Source of the DNA: Raja brachyura
Taxonomy: Eukaryota
Reading direction: 5' to 3'
Assembly: GCA_963514005.1 (NCBI GenBank)
Contig: OY740782.1
Location: forward strand, 15,438,001-15,502,000
Length of the DNA stretch: 64,000 bases
Shown: positions 10,825-22,842 of the stretch, piece after piece
Layout: every line of letters begins with the position of its first letter
Numbering within the stretch: position 1 is the first letter of the stretch
The notes under the pieces: generated by a model
Databases searched by the model: none
What the model was told of the DNA's origin: nothing
What the model saw: only the letters and a program-made list of their open reading frames with translations
Made by a program: the position numbers and the translations under genes

Positions 10825-12132
10825 TAAGTGGGACAGGCCCTTTAATCTTTAGGGTACACAAAAGGCTGGAGAAACTCAGCGGGTGCAGCAGTATCTAAGG
10901 AGCGAAGGAGATAGGCAACGTTTCGGGCCGAAACCCTTCTTCAGACTCCTTTAACCTTTATATGTGTCTGTGTTACAAAAAAAGTCCATGATGAGACCAC
11001 CACAACTGATTCAAATGATAGCACAGCAACATCTGCAGGCTCAACAGGTATCGTATTCTAATAATACTTTTTTTGAGTTTAGTCGGACTTTAAATTATTT
11101 GTCAATCACAGCTTGTGAGGATTTTTTATTGTATTTGCCTTCCACTTAATCTTGATATGTCTTTTTTTCAGAAGCATTGCAGCCTGCAAGGTCTAACAGC
11201 TTATCTTCACTTGCTGCTGCCTACACAGACTACCATAGCCTTGATACACCCCACACAGGCACAAGTGATACCAGGGGGTAACCACATGGACCAAGGGGGG
11301 ACTTGCGTTGGTCTTTGATGTGAATAGTTATGTTAATGTTAATTGTTAATGATGTTGACCCTTTTGTACTAATTTTCTATTTTGATGTTTGAAGTTTAAA
11401 TCATGAAGTTTGAAGTTGATTTAAGTTTATTTAAAAGCTTATTTAAAGAATCTCCTTGTGGTATGGGAGGTACAATGTTAATGTATAATTTAATCTGAAT
11501 ACAAAAAGAAAATATTTTTGTGTGCCGTCCACTGTTTTTTGTTCTTTCTAATCTAATAATAATTCTAACTTTTATTGTTGTTAAAGTGATGATTCTTTAT
11601 AGATTTGTTATGGAAAATATTACATTTTATCTGGTTATAATACTTATTATGTACTATAGTATGTTGCCATATAAAACCTTTGTATGTTTCAATATCAATA
11701 AAGGAAATGCCAGATATTGTTACCACAAATTGATGTGTGAAGATATTTTTTTCAGAGTAGTTATCTCATGGCATCACTTATATCTCATATATTTCTTATT
11801 TCATATATTTAGATCAATAAAACAAACACAAGCAAAGCACTGCATTTAAAAGCAGATTATTTTAATATATTTTGATGAATAAAACAAACACAGACACAAG
11901 CGGTGCACGGCATTGAAAAGTAAATTATTTTTATATATTTTGATCACTATGGCGTGCACAGCCTAAATTTGCAGGACAACTTGTTCTATTTGATCTTATT
12001 TATGTGGCTGAAGTTTACAGGAATTTAGGAGAATGAGATACGATCCATATGAAACGTATACAGCATTTTGACCAAGGAGAATCGTGGAAATAAAGTGATA
12101 ACAGGCATTTTTGTTCTATTGGAATGTGTTGT

Positions 12133-12423
12133 ATGGTGGTGCAGTGGTGGAGTTGCTGCCTTACTGCACCAGAGACCGGCATTGATCCAGACTACAGCGT
12201 TTGCACCTTCTCCCCGAGTCCTGCGTGGGTTTTCCCTGGGTGTAGTTTCCTCCCACATGCCAAAGACATACAGGTTTGTAGGGTAATAGGCTTTGGTAAC
12301 ATTGTAAATTGTCCCAAGTGTGTTTCAGGCCGTGTTAATGTGCGGGGATCGCTGGTCAGTTAGACTCGGAGGGCCGAAGGGCCTGTCTCTGCAATGTATC
12401 TCAAAACTAAACTGAAGTAAACT
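12133..12423 (+). mobile_element. HE1/V-SINE-like tRNA-derived SINE
   Basis: tRNA-like head, V-domain-like core (tgcgtgggttttccc..gtttcctcccaca..ccaaagac), CR1-like tail gggccgaagggcctgt, (AAACT)n end. Confidence 0.85.
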
Positions 12424-12749
12424 ACTAGGGAGACACATTCAGGATAAAGGCTCAGACATTTTGGACTGATATGAGGAGATATTTCTGTACCCAGCATTGT
12501 AACTCCTAGGTATTCTCTACCCTTCAGGTTTCTGAATGCTCAGTCACTGAGTATACTTGGGACTAGAATCAGTAGATTCTTTGGACATCAAGGGACTCAT
12601 GTGCATTGGGTGAGATGAAGGACAAGACACAGGTTTAATCATGATCCTACTAAACTGCTGGAAGGGGGATATGGCCTGTACCTAGTCCATTATGGTATCA
12701 TTATAAAGGGAATTTTATTTTCATCTAGTGGATTTGCTTTGAGTTAGTC

Positions 12750-13065
12750 GTAAAATGCTGGAGTAACTCAGCCGGACAGGCAACATCTCTGGATAGGAGA
12801 AATGGGTGACATTTCAGGTCGAGACCCTTCTTCAAACTGAGAGTCAAGGGAGAGGGAGACACAGAAATAAGTATCAGGTGTGAAAACGAGATATCAAAGG
12901 GGACGAAGCTCAAGGGAAATGTAGAATAGATCATTGTTAGCAAGGAGAAAGTAATAACAAAGTATGCAGAAGTAATCAGGAGGACAGTGAAACTAGTTGA
13001 AGAACTAGGATGGGGGTGGGATGGAAAGAGAATGGAAGCAACGTTTTACTTGAAGTTTGAGAAGG
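12750..13065 (-). mobile_element. Penelope-like 3' terminal fragment
   Basis: Complement of the 3' UTR/terminal repeat seen at 25440-25755. Confidence 0.75.
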
Positions 13066-13289
13066 TTGAGTTCATCTTTCCAAAAGGTATTTACTGGCAA
13101 GAGTGTTTCTATATCAATGGAAGATATAATGAAATACTTACATGTTGCTTCGTCTTATTCCCCCTTCTAGAGTTTAGATCGATGGCATGGGAACAGGCCA
13201 TTCAGCCCATCAAGTCCACACCTACCACACATTCACACTAGTTCTATGCTATCCCACTTTCACATCCACTCCCCACACACACGAGGGGG

Positions 13290-13642
13290 GGCCTCATTGA
13301 AATTTAGGTTAACCTATGATGAGCATTTGACAGCACTGGGCCGGTACTCACTGGAGTTTAGAAGGATGAGGGGGAAACCTCATTGAAACTTACCAAATGG
13401 TGGAGAGGATGTTTCCACTCGTTGGAGAGTCTAGTCCCAGAGGTCAAAGCTTCTGAATTAAAGGACATTTCTTTAGGTAGGAGATGAGGAGGTATTTTTT
13501 TTACTCGGAAGGTGGTGAATCTGCGGAATTCTTTGCCACAAAAGGCTGTGGAGGCCAAATCAATGGATATTTTTAAGGCGGAGGTAGATAGATTCTTGAT
13601 TAGTATGGGTATCAGGGGTTAAGGGGAGAAGGCAGGAGAATG
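13290..13642 (+). mobile_element. CR1 ORF2 end and 3' UTR fragment
   Basis: tactcactggagtttagaaggatgagggg..gtggtgaatctgcggaattct. Confidence 0.8.
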
Positions 13643-14244
13643 AGCACAACCCTAACCATAACCCTGCCTTAAAACTGAACTAAAGTGCTAGGTCCTACCA
13701 AGGTTGCAATTTGGTTTGCATCCTTTTAACCTAAAATGTATTACATATTTTGCTTGGATAGCTTCCAAGCCAACTGTTACGAATATTCAATCCTCCAATT
13801 TCAAGTAACTAACCAACAAACCCTCCCCCATGGATGCACACCCATTTTTCCCAAAATCCACACTATTCCCTTCCTCCATTCTCTTCGAACTTCATCGCTT
13901 CCTCTGGCTTCTCATTTCATGTCACCTCTCTTTGTCTCCCTTGTCTCATAGCCTTTGATCGTTTCATCTCTGAAGTTTTGTCTAACTGTCTGCCAATCAA
14001 ATCCCCCATCATCTGTATCAATACATCCATTGAAGATAGACATGAAATGCTGGAGTAACTCAGCGGGACAGGCGGCATCTCTGGAGAGAAGGAATGGGTG
14101 ATGTTTTGGGTCGAGACCCTTCTTCAGAGTCTTGAGCCTGGCCCCAGGCTCATTCAGGCCCTCTAGTGACCCACTCCGCTGACGCGGCCTATCTGACGCC
14201 TCTTCAACATTGAGACACAAACAAGCCGCCCTCACCTCTGACAA

Positions 14245-14562
14245 GTTTAGTTTATTGTCACGTGTACCGAAGTACAGTCAAAAAGTGTCAACCAGTCAGC
14301 AGAAGGACTATACCTAATTACAATCGAGCCGTCCACAGTGTACAGACTGATGATATAGGGAATAAGGTTCAGTGCAAGGTAAAGTCTGATTGAAGATATG
14401 AGGTAGTTCTCCAGCTGGTGATAGGATGGTTCAGTGGCCTGGGAAGAAACTGTACCTCAATCTGATAGCTGCGCGTTTTTGCACTCTTGCCTGATGGGAG
14501 AGGGGAGAAGATGGAGTGACCGGGGTGAGACTCATCCTGGATTATGCTGGTGGCCTTGCCGA
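14245..14562 (-). mobile_element. Rex1-like LINE 3' end
   Basis: GKATSIIQDESHPGHSIFSPLPSGK; tail cacgtgacaataaactaaac. Confidence 0.75.
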
Positions 14563-14732
14563 GGCTCCATGAAGCCTCTTGCCCGCGAGCGCCTCCTGCA
14601 GTCAACCCTATACGCCACTAGGCGTCTCCGATGGCGCGGGAGGGAAGTCCTCAGCTCACTCGCCAGCATCGTTCTTTCCTTCCATCTGCTGCCCCCGCCA
14701 TCTTGAAGGTACCCCCAGACTCTTCCATGAAC

Positions 14733-14983
14733 GCCACATGTGTGGAACAGCATGTCCCTCCCCATTAGAACTGCCCCCTCCATTGACTCCTTTAAGTCTA
14801 GTCTAAAAATGTATCTGTTCTCCCAAGCCTTTCCTGACGTCCTCTGAGTGAGGGCTATTTGTATATATGTATGTAGCCTGTTTGCGTATACTACTCTTAT
14901 AACAAATGTAAAGCACTTTGGCCAATGAGAGTTGTTTTTTAAATGTGCTATAGAAATAAATGTGACTAGGCTTGACTTGACTT
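14733..14983 (+). mobile_element. L2 LINE 3' end
   Basis: PHVWNSMSLPIRTAPSIDSFKSSLKMYLFSQAF, then tgtaaagcactttgg..aataaa..(CTTGA)n. Confidence 0.85.
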
Positions 14984-16670
14984 GGACATGGCCCATGAAG
15001 CCTCTAATGCTGCAGTCTCTCTCTTATCACCCCCTGTTCACATCCTGCCAGGGTGCCCGAGGGTACTGCTACCCATCGAATTGGACACCATGACCCAAAA
15101 CGTCACCCATTCCATCTCTCCAGAGAAGCTGCCTGTCCCGCTGAGTTACTCCAGCATTTTGCGTCTATCTTTGGAATTCAAAATCGCACAAAAGGGAAGA
15201 GTAAAAGAGCAGGAAGGAATCGCAGATGCTGGTTTAAACTGAAGATAAGACACAAAATGCTGGAGTAACTCTGGCAGGACAGGCAACGTCTCTCAAGAAA
15301 AGGAATGGGTGACGCTTCGGGCCGAGACCCTTCTTTGTAGTCTGACGAAGGGTCTTGATCAGAAACATCACCCTTTCCTTCTCTCCAGAGATCCCATTTT
15401 GAGTCCGTCTTCAGAATAAAAGCATTGCAAACAGGGAAACCAAGACAACGTGAAAATGGTAAAACAGAAAAATAGGATGAAAGTGATAAAAGCAAGATGC
15501 AATTGTACAGCAAAATATGTACCAATAAAGCAAATGTGTTTATTAGTTCCAGAGTTCTTCCAATGCCAAAGGTCTTGACTATGAGTGTTCAATAAATGAA
15601 TCTGCTTGACCTTAGAGCAGCAGATGTGTGCTCCTTGTTGCCAGATATCTAGTACACCACAACACTGAGGAACATAAAACTACCTACTTGCGTCAATGGG
15701 CGCATTCCTATGATCTTCTGTCAAGCAAATTATTTCTGATGCAGCAAATTCCAACGGAAAAGTTCTGACTAATTGCTTCTTTTGTTATTGATTTCTGATA
15801 AGATCGCGTTTGTCCCACAGTCAACTCAAACAGCTCAGCTGCATCCTGCGTTAGGCCAATAAACAACCCGAAGCTCCATGTGCGAAAGATGAAACGAGCG
15901 CTCTGCATTCATTGATGTTCAAAGCAAGAGCAAGGAAATAAATGAATAACACATTCTTTCAAAAGGCAGGAAGAATGCAAGTTGCTCAGAGAGATTTTGT
16001 TTACAGCTCCACACAGTCATTCACACCCTTAGGTTAAAGGAAATAAATGGTAAAAAACAAAATTACACTTGGTGCTTTGTTTCATGGGTCATATTCAGTA
16101 GCTACCATCAAAGTTTTTCATTAGATGCCAAGTTATTTTCCATATCTGCCTTGAGGAAATGTCTAGGGCAACTTACACGCCAGTGATATGAATATTAACG
16201 TCTCTAACTTCAAGTAACCCTTGCGTAGGAAGGAACTGCAGAAGCTGGTTTACACCGAAGATAGACACAAAATGCTGGAGTAACTCAATGGGACAGGCAG
16301 CATCTCTGCATCTTCAGAATGAAGAAGGCCCTTGACTTGAAACGTCACCCATTCCTTCTATCCAGAGAAGCTGCCTGTCCCGCTGAGTCACTCCAGCATT
16401 TTGTGACTTTCTTCATTACCCTTGTTTCCTCTCCATTCCTAGTTTTCTGACCAGTCTGACCGTCTCCCTGATTACATTTTATCTCTGTATGCTTAGTCGT
16501 CACCTTCTCCTAGCTAATAATGATCTATTCTACATTTTCCTTGAACTGCGTCCCCTTTATTGCCTCGTTTTCACACCTGACACTACCTTATCTTTATGTC
16601 TCCCTCTCCCCTGACTCTCAGTCTGAAGAAGGGTCTCGATCCGAAACAACACCCATTCATTTGCTGCCAG

Positions 16671-17653
16671 TAGGTATGTTACAAAACTTACCTTTAGCGG
16701 TGCCGCTGGCCGTGTGTGCCACTTTGGCGCCTTTAAGGGGAGGGGGGGGGGGGGGGGGGGTTAAAATGCGGGTTTCTCCATGCAATCCAGAGCTTTCTGT
16801 TGTCGGAGTCCGATTTATTTTTGGAGATGTGTTCGGACTGCCGGTAAGTCCGTTTATTTTTATAAATAGCCCGACTACTTAATCACTGCAGTAAAATAAA
16901 AATTAGCTCCTAATGCCGTGAACGCCGACAACGGGGACCGATTTTACGTAGGGGACAGGTAAATGAAAGCTGTTTATTTTTACATATAAACTTGTTTTTT
17001 TAGGGGACTTTAATAAATATTTCATGTTGCGAAACGGTGATTTAACCCCCATATGAACCGGCAGAAAATTTCCTGGCGATATTGGGTTTAAATTCACTGC
17101 AACCGCAACGTTCTAATCCATCGCGTTCCAGAAAATCCCACTCGCAAGCTGTTTAAAATGCCCATTCATTTACAGGCATTAAACATTGAATTCCTTCAAT
17201 TTGGCCAATAAATTAATGACAATTAGATTTAAAAATCATGCTTGTGAATTATTGTGTGACTTTTAATTGGACACTTAGGCTTTAAATTTTTTTTAAATTT
17301 CTTCTTAAGAAATGGATAGATGTTTAGATCTAGTAATTGAATTTTGTAATTGGCTACAATTGGGTAACTAACTAATTATATGCTTTAATTTCAGGCCATC
17401 CAAGTAAGATTCCTTAATTTTTAAGGAAGTTATGGGCTTTTGACTGTTCTCGATCACAACCTTTGTGTTAAGTCAATAGAAAAGCAATAGGAAGCAAGTT
17501 GCTAATTTCCGAGTATGAAAATGGCCCTAACTTTTTTAACACTGAAGATATGAAAGTGAATTAGGTGTCAAATTAAACTTATTTTTATGCTTTATCTGAT
17601 GGGATAAATTGCTGACTTGATTTTTTAAATCTCAAAATTTTGTAACATTGCTA
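16671..17653 (+). mobile_element. Non-autonomous TIR DNA transposon (hAT-like), copy 1, 7-bp TSD
   Basis: Ends TAGGTATGTTACAAAA / TTTTGTAACATTGCTA; TSD CTGCCAG; splits a Penelope repeat. Confidence 0.9.
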
Positions 17654-18659
17654 CTGCCAGTCTCGCTGAGTTATTCCAGCATTATGTGCCTATCTTCGAT
17701 GATACCATGACTAGCCTCTTATTTGGTTCTAATTAGCGTACGATAAGGAAACCTCATGTAATTTTCCATTTGTTTGTCTAATGAACAAGGCCGCATTTAT
17801 AATTGAAGTAAAACTAGTTTTATGGGGAACTATTGACCTTGCTTTTACAGTGGCCCAAATTGTTCCCCCTGTGACCTGCATGGGTTTTCTCTGAGGTCTT
17901 CGGTTTCCTCCCACACTACAAAGACGTACAGGTTTGTAGTTTAATTGGCTTGGTACAAAACTGGCAGAGTTCCTCCAAAGAAGGACATTACTGAATCGAA
18001 TGGAAACATTTTTCAGCAGAAGGTATTTTTGTGATCAGTGCTCTGCTGACCGGTTAGCATGTAACAACAGCTTTTCACTGTTCCTCAGTACACATGACAA
18101 TAAAGTAAACTAAACTAAACTAATGACTAGGATTTATTGATAAATTAAGTAAAAATTCACAGCCATTATGCTGTGGATTTAAACTCCGGTTTACCAGTCT
18201 GGTAAATTAACCACTGCATCCACCTACATACACATACTCTCGTTACTGTAAGGTTTGCAATTGTCTTTCTCACTCACTGAGAGCATCAACTCAGCCAACT
18301 GCACAGTTTGCACTGGACAGCATGCAAAGAAAATTGTTGTCAACCAGCAAAAGCAAAGATTAACCTTAACTTTAAGCTCCTGGTTTGCAAAGAAAACACG
18401 TTACGACACAATTAAGTGCGACTTAAGAACACCATCCAACCGCTGGTCACATCTTCCCATCTCCACCTCTTTCCGCTTTCTGCGGAGACCTTTCCCTCCG
18501 CAAATCCCTGGTTCACTCGTCCCTTCCCGCCCAAACCGCCCGCTCCCCAGGCATCTTTCCCTGCAACCGCAGCAGTCTGACGAAAGGTCTCGACCCGAAA
18601 CGTCGCCTATTCCTTTTCTCCAGAAATGCTGCCTGACCCGCTGAGTTACTTATGTGCCT

Positions 18660-18870
18660 AGCGACAATTTACAACTTTACAAAAGCCAATTTACCTACAA
18701 AAACATGTACGTCTGTGTAGTGTGGGAGGAAACCGTAGCACCCGGGGAAAATCCACGCAGGTGATGGGGAGAAGGTACAAACTCCGTGCAGAACAGCACC
18801 CGTGGTCAGGATCGAACCCGGGACTCTGGTGTTGTAAGGCAGCTATTCTACCGTTGCAGCACCATACTGC
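18660..18870 (-). mobile_element. HE1/V-SINE-like SINE
   Basis: Complement of SINE head and core (gtgggaggaaacc..caggatcgaacccggg). Confidence 0.8.
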
Positions 18871-19629
18871 CCCTTACAACTTAAATTCTCTGCTGCTAAG
18901 ATGCTTTACAAATTCATGCTCCCTGGGTCAATTGCCCAGGTATTTGTACACTGGTGAAGTTTAACCCTTTTGCTGTTGTATTCACATACTCAGACCATTC
19001 AGCAAAACTAGCGCTGAAACATATTATAAGTTAGGATATAAGTGCGTGTTCTATTAAGTGCAGTGATACAATTTTCATACAGATACTATCTATACAGATC
19101 AAATCCTGATGGTCGGAGAAACATGAGGCATTACATTTTTCCACTGAGGTGCACAAATGACAGATTATGATTTTCCGTAGCACAATATTACAGCCATTAA
19201 TCCATTGCTTAAATTGCCTGGGTGTCTGGGTTGTAAAACCTTACAGTTGGATTAAAATGTCTTTGTTTAACTCGTCACCATCCCTGTAAGGGAATAGGGC
19301 ATCAGTCATTTATTTCATAAGATTGAAAATGGATTCATATTTCATGGAGTCTTTTATAACACCAGCAATGTCAATGTTTGTCTGGGATTCTCTTGCGATC
19401 ACGAGTAACCTTTAGCTACAGAACAGCCTGCCCTTTCCCCGGCTCAGTTTCCACAATCAAGCTCTATTGTACACAAAATCCACCTTTCACGAGCTACATT
19501 CAGATGGGTGAGATACCATCTGCTTCATGTTCAAAATATTTGACATTGGTGAAATTAAACAAAAGGTCATGGTCGAAATGAGGATGATGCACTGTGCACT
19601 CGTGGCCTTGTTGCATAGGCAAGGAAGTT

Positions 19630-20600
19630 TGTAGGAAGGAACTAGATGCTGGTTTACACCGAAGACAGACACAAGATGCTGGAATAAAGCAACGGGACTG
19701 GCAGCACCTCTGGAGAGAAGGAACGGTTGACGTTTTGGGTCGAGACCCTTCTTCAGACTGAGCGTCAGGGGAGAGGGATTTACAGAGATAAGAAAGTTGA
19801 AGCAATCAAAAGAGATGAAGGTCAACTAAAATATAGAATAAACCATTGTTGGCTAGGAGATGGTGACAACAAAGCAAACAGAGATGAAATGTAATCAGGG
19901 GGAACGTCAGACAGTCAGATGAGGAGTTAAAGAAGGAACTGCAGATGTTGGAGAATCGAGGGTTACACAAAAAGCTGGAGAAACTCAGCGGGTGCAGCAG
20001 CATCTAAGGAGCGAAGGAGATAGGCGACGATCAGTCTGAAGAAGGGTCGAGACCCGAAACGTCGCCTATCTCCTTCGCTCCTTAGATGCTGCTGCACCCG
20101 CTGAGTTTCTCCAGCTTTTTGTGTAACAGTCAGATGAGAAGGTTGACTGAACTTTGGTTCCTTCCCTCACAGTGGGGAACTTTGGTGCTGCTGTGGGGAT
20201 GTTTGTGTTGTGAGATACTGTGTTCAGTGTTCTGTGGTTTTTTAATTTTTTTTATTTTTTGTATGACTGTAAGGGAAAAATAATTTTGTTGTCTCTTCAT
20301 TGAAGACAATGACAATAAATTAAATCAAATCAAATCAAGTCAAGACTGGTCGGGGAACTGGAAAGGAGGAGGGACGGAGAGACAGGAAAAGCATGGGTAA
20401 CCTGAAGTTAGAGATGTCAATGTTCATACCGCTGGGATATGAGCTACCCAAGCAAAATATGAGGTGCTGTTCCTCCAATTTGTGCTGGGCCTCACTCTGA
20501 CAGTGGAGGAGGTCCAGGACAGAAAGGTCAGTGTGGGAATGGGGGGGACGTTGAAGTGTTGAGCTACCGGGAGATTAGGTAGGTCTGTATCCCCCAAGCT
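19630..20600 (-). mobile_element. Penelope-like 3' fragment with nested palindromic Penelope repeat (19925-20127) and hairpin-core retroposon (20130-20343)
   Basis: Minus strand LPVAQHFN..LSVLDLLHC..KLEEQHLIFCLG; terminal repeat at 19630-19770. Confidence 0.8.
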
Positions 20601-20935
20601 TAACAATTTACAACACTTTATCCTTTTAGCTTACACCTGTCTTTTCATCCCGACCTTTCACCAAAAATCCACCTGCGTTCACCGATTGCCGTCCATTTTC
20701 TGTCTTGTCCCCTTCCTCTTTTGCAGCTTTCTGTTCTGTTTCCCAGTAATCAGAATGAAGGAGGGTTCTGACCCAAAATGTCACCTATCCATGTTCTCCA
20801 GGGATGCTGCCTGACCTGTTGAGTTACTCCAGCATTTTGTGTCTATCTCTCAGACAATATTTAATATCAAGTCGGATGATGAAATTGACCTGGAGTTTGC
20901 ATGGAACAGTTTGGTGGTCTTGAAAAGAACAGTAA

Positions 20936-21282
20936 AGGGCCTGTCCCACTGTATGAGGTAATTCCCGAGTTTTCACCCGATTCGAACTTGGAGAATGTCT
21001 TTAGCGGGTCCGTAGGAGTACGTGGATGTCTCTAGCGGCTCGTAATGCTAACGGTAGGTACTCGGGGAAATCCGGTAAACTCGTGACGTTTTTTCAACAC
21101 TGTGAAAAATGTCCACGAGTTAAAAAATACTCGTGATTAAAAAAATGGTTACTTTTTACTTGTACGAGCCGCTACGAGACATCCACGAACTCCTACGGAC
21201 CCGCTACGGACATTCTCCGAGTTCGAATCAGGGGAAAACTCGGGAGAACTCTTGAATTACCTCGTACAGTGGGACAGGCCCT
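20936..21282. mobile_element. Palindromic Harbinger-family MITE
   Basis: AGGGCCTGTCCCACTGTA..TACAGTGGGACAGGCCCT with long internal inverted arms; flanks TAA/TTA. Confidence 0.85.
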
Positions 21283-21550
21283 TTAGTTAACACTTTACCT
21301 TTCAATACACTCCTTCTTACTTTCCCTTTATATGTATCCATACACTGTTAATGGCTCGATTGTAATCATATCCTGTCTTTCTGCTGACTGAATAGCAGGC
21401 AACAAAAGCTTTTCACTGTACCTTGGTACATGTGACAGTAATAAACGGAACTAAACTAAACTGTTGAATATCTCCCATTTGAATAATATTGTGTAGAATT
21501 GCCTCAGTATTCCAACAAGGGAATCAGTTATTGGGTTTCATGCTGGGTTA

Positions 21551-21766
21551 AGGGCCTGTTCCACTTACGCGACTTTTACTGCCGGCACCCGTCAAAGGTC
21601 GCCGAAATTTTCAACGTTGAAAATTCAGCAGCGACCAGAAAGATGATACGACTCTTTGGAGACTTCTCACGACCATGCAGGCGACCCCGGGCGACATGTT
21701 GCGGGTGACCTCTCACGACCGTAGGAGACCTCTCACAACCGTGGTCGCGATAGTGGGACAGGTCCT
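21551..21766. mobile_element. Harbinger-family MITE, internally deleted
   Basis: TTA|AGGGCCTGTTCCACT...AGTGGGACAGGTCCT. Confidence 0.75.
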
Positions 21767-22842
21767 GCAGATTGACCAGTCTGTTGGGATCTATAGTAAA
21801 GAGCAGATAGATTTCATTTAGTTCATAATTTGGTTAATGCCTTTCATTATTTTAAAGTGTTTATAATTGTTTCAGTTGATTTTTCATCCTAAACATTGTA
21901 CTCATAACTTCTCTTTTCTTTTAATTTGTTAACTTGTGTTTTTGATTGTCAAAGAAAGTGGATGAGTTTGCAGTATCAGGATGTGCTCTCATCTCAATTA
22001 TCCTGAGTTTGCACAGTGGTTAAAATTAGACCAAACTAAGATCAGAGGATGGACACAAAAAGCTGGAGTAACTCAGTGGGTCAGACAGCATCTCTGGAGA
22101 AAAGGAATGAGTGATGTTTCGGGTCGAGACCTTTCTTCAGAATTGACCTGAAACGGCATCTATTCCTTTTCCTCCAAATATGCTGTCTGACCCGCTGAGT
22201 CGCTGCAGCTTTTTGTGTCTATCTTCGGTTTAACCAGTGTCTGCAGTTCCTTCCTACAGAGGATGGAAAATTACTGGTGGAAAATGATGGGTCTTTATCC
22301 TTTATCCAATCATACAACAAGCACAGAAAATACAAAATTGCCACGCACAAATAATTATTCCCTGTCTATTCATGCTTGTTGGCAAAGTTCACTTGAACCT
22401 CAAATGATCCGACTTGGACCACTGTTCAATTGGTACTAAATGAACATTGGCTTTCAGCCTATGTTCTGTTCCCAGATTTTCAGCAAACATCAACTAATTC
22501 CCATCGTGTGGTTAGGTCTAATTTTAATCACCTCGTCTAATCTGAAGTTGATCGGCACAAATCACTAATAATTTATCAAGCCATAGGGATTGAGACTAGA
22601 TAATTCACCAGTGCACATTCGTACACTTTGGATTTCTAGATAACATGGGACATGGACACCATTAAATCAGCTAGTATCCATCACACGGCATTCATTGATC
22701 TGTTGGATCAGATATGCTCATCAAGCTCAAGTACTAACCTGCTTAATCTCATAAACGCCAACTACCAGCATGTTAATACACACACACACATTAATGACTG
22801 AAATACTAAATCCCTCACCAAACCCATGACCATCAATCATCA

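Larger units (their letters stand above)
4017..10841 (+). mobile_element. Non-autonomous PIF/Harbinger-type DNA transposon (~6.8 kb including nested insertions)
   Basis: Left TIR AGGGACTGTCCCACTTAGGTGAC; right TIR, after removing 10381-10824, reads AGGGCCTGTCCCACTTAGGCGAC on the minus strand; TTA TSD at 4014-4016 and 10842-10844; MADF gene inside. Confidence 0.8.
3865..11945 (+). mobile_element. Outer, truncated copy of the Harbinger-like family (3' exons, last exon, AT-rich repeats), split by the inner element
   Basis: 3865-4016 and 10842-11945 rejoin as CCAC-TTA-ATCTT, matching the uninterrupted unit at 11141-11152; 10985-11945 is paralogous to 7600-8950. Confidence 0.75.
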
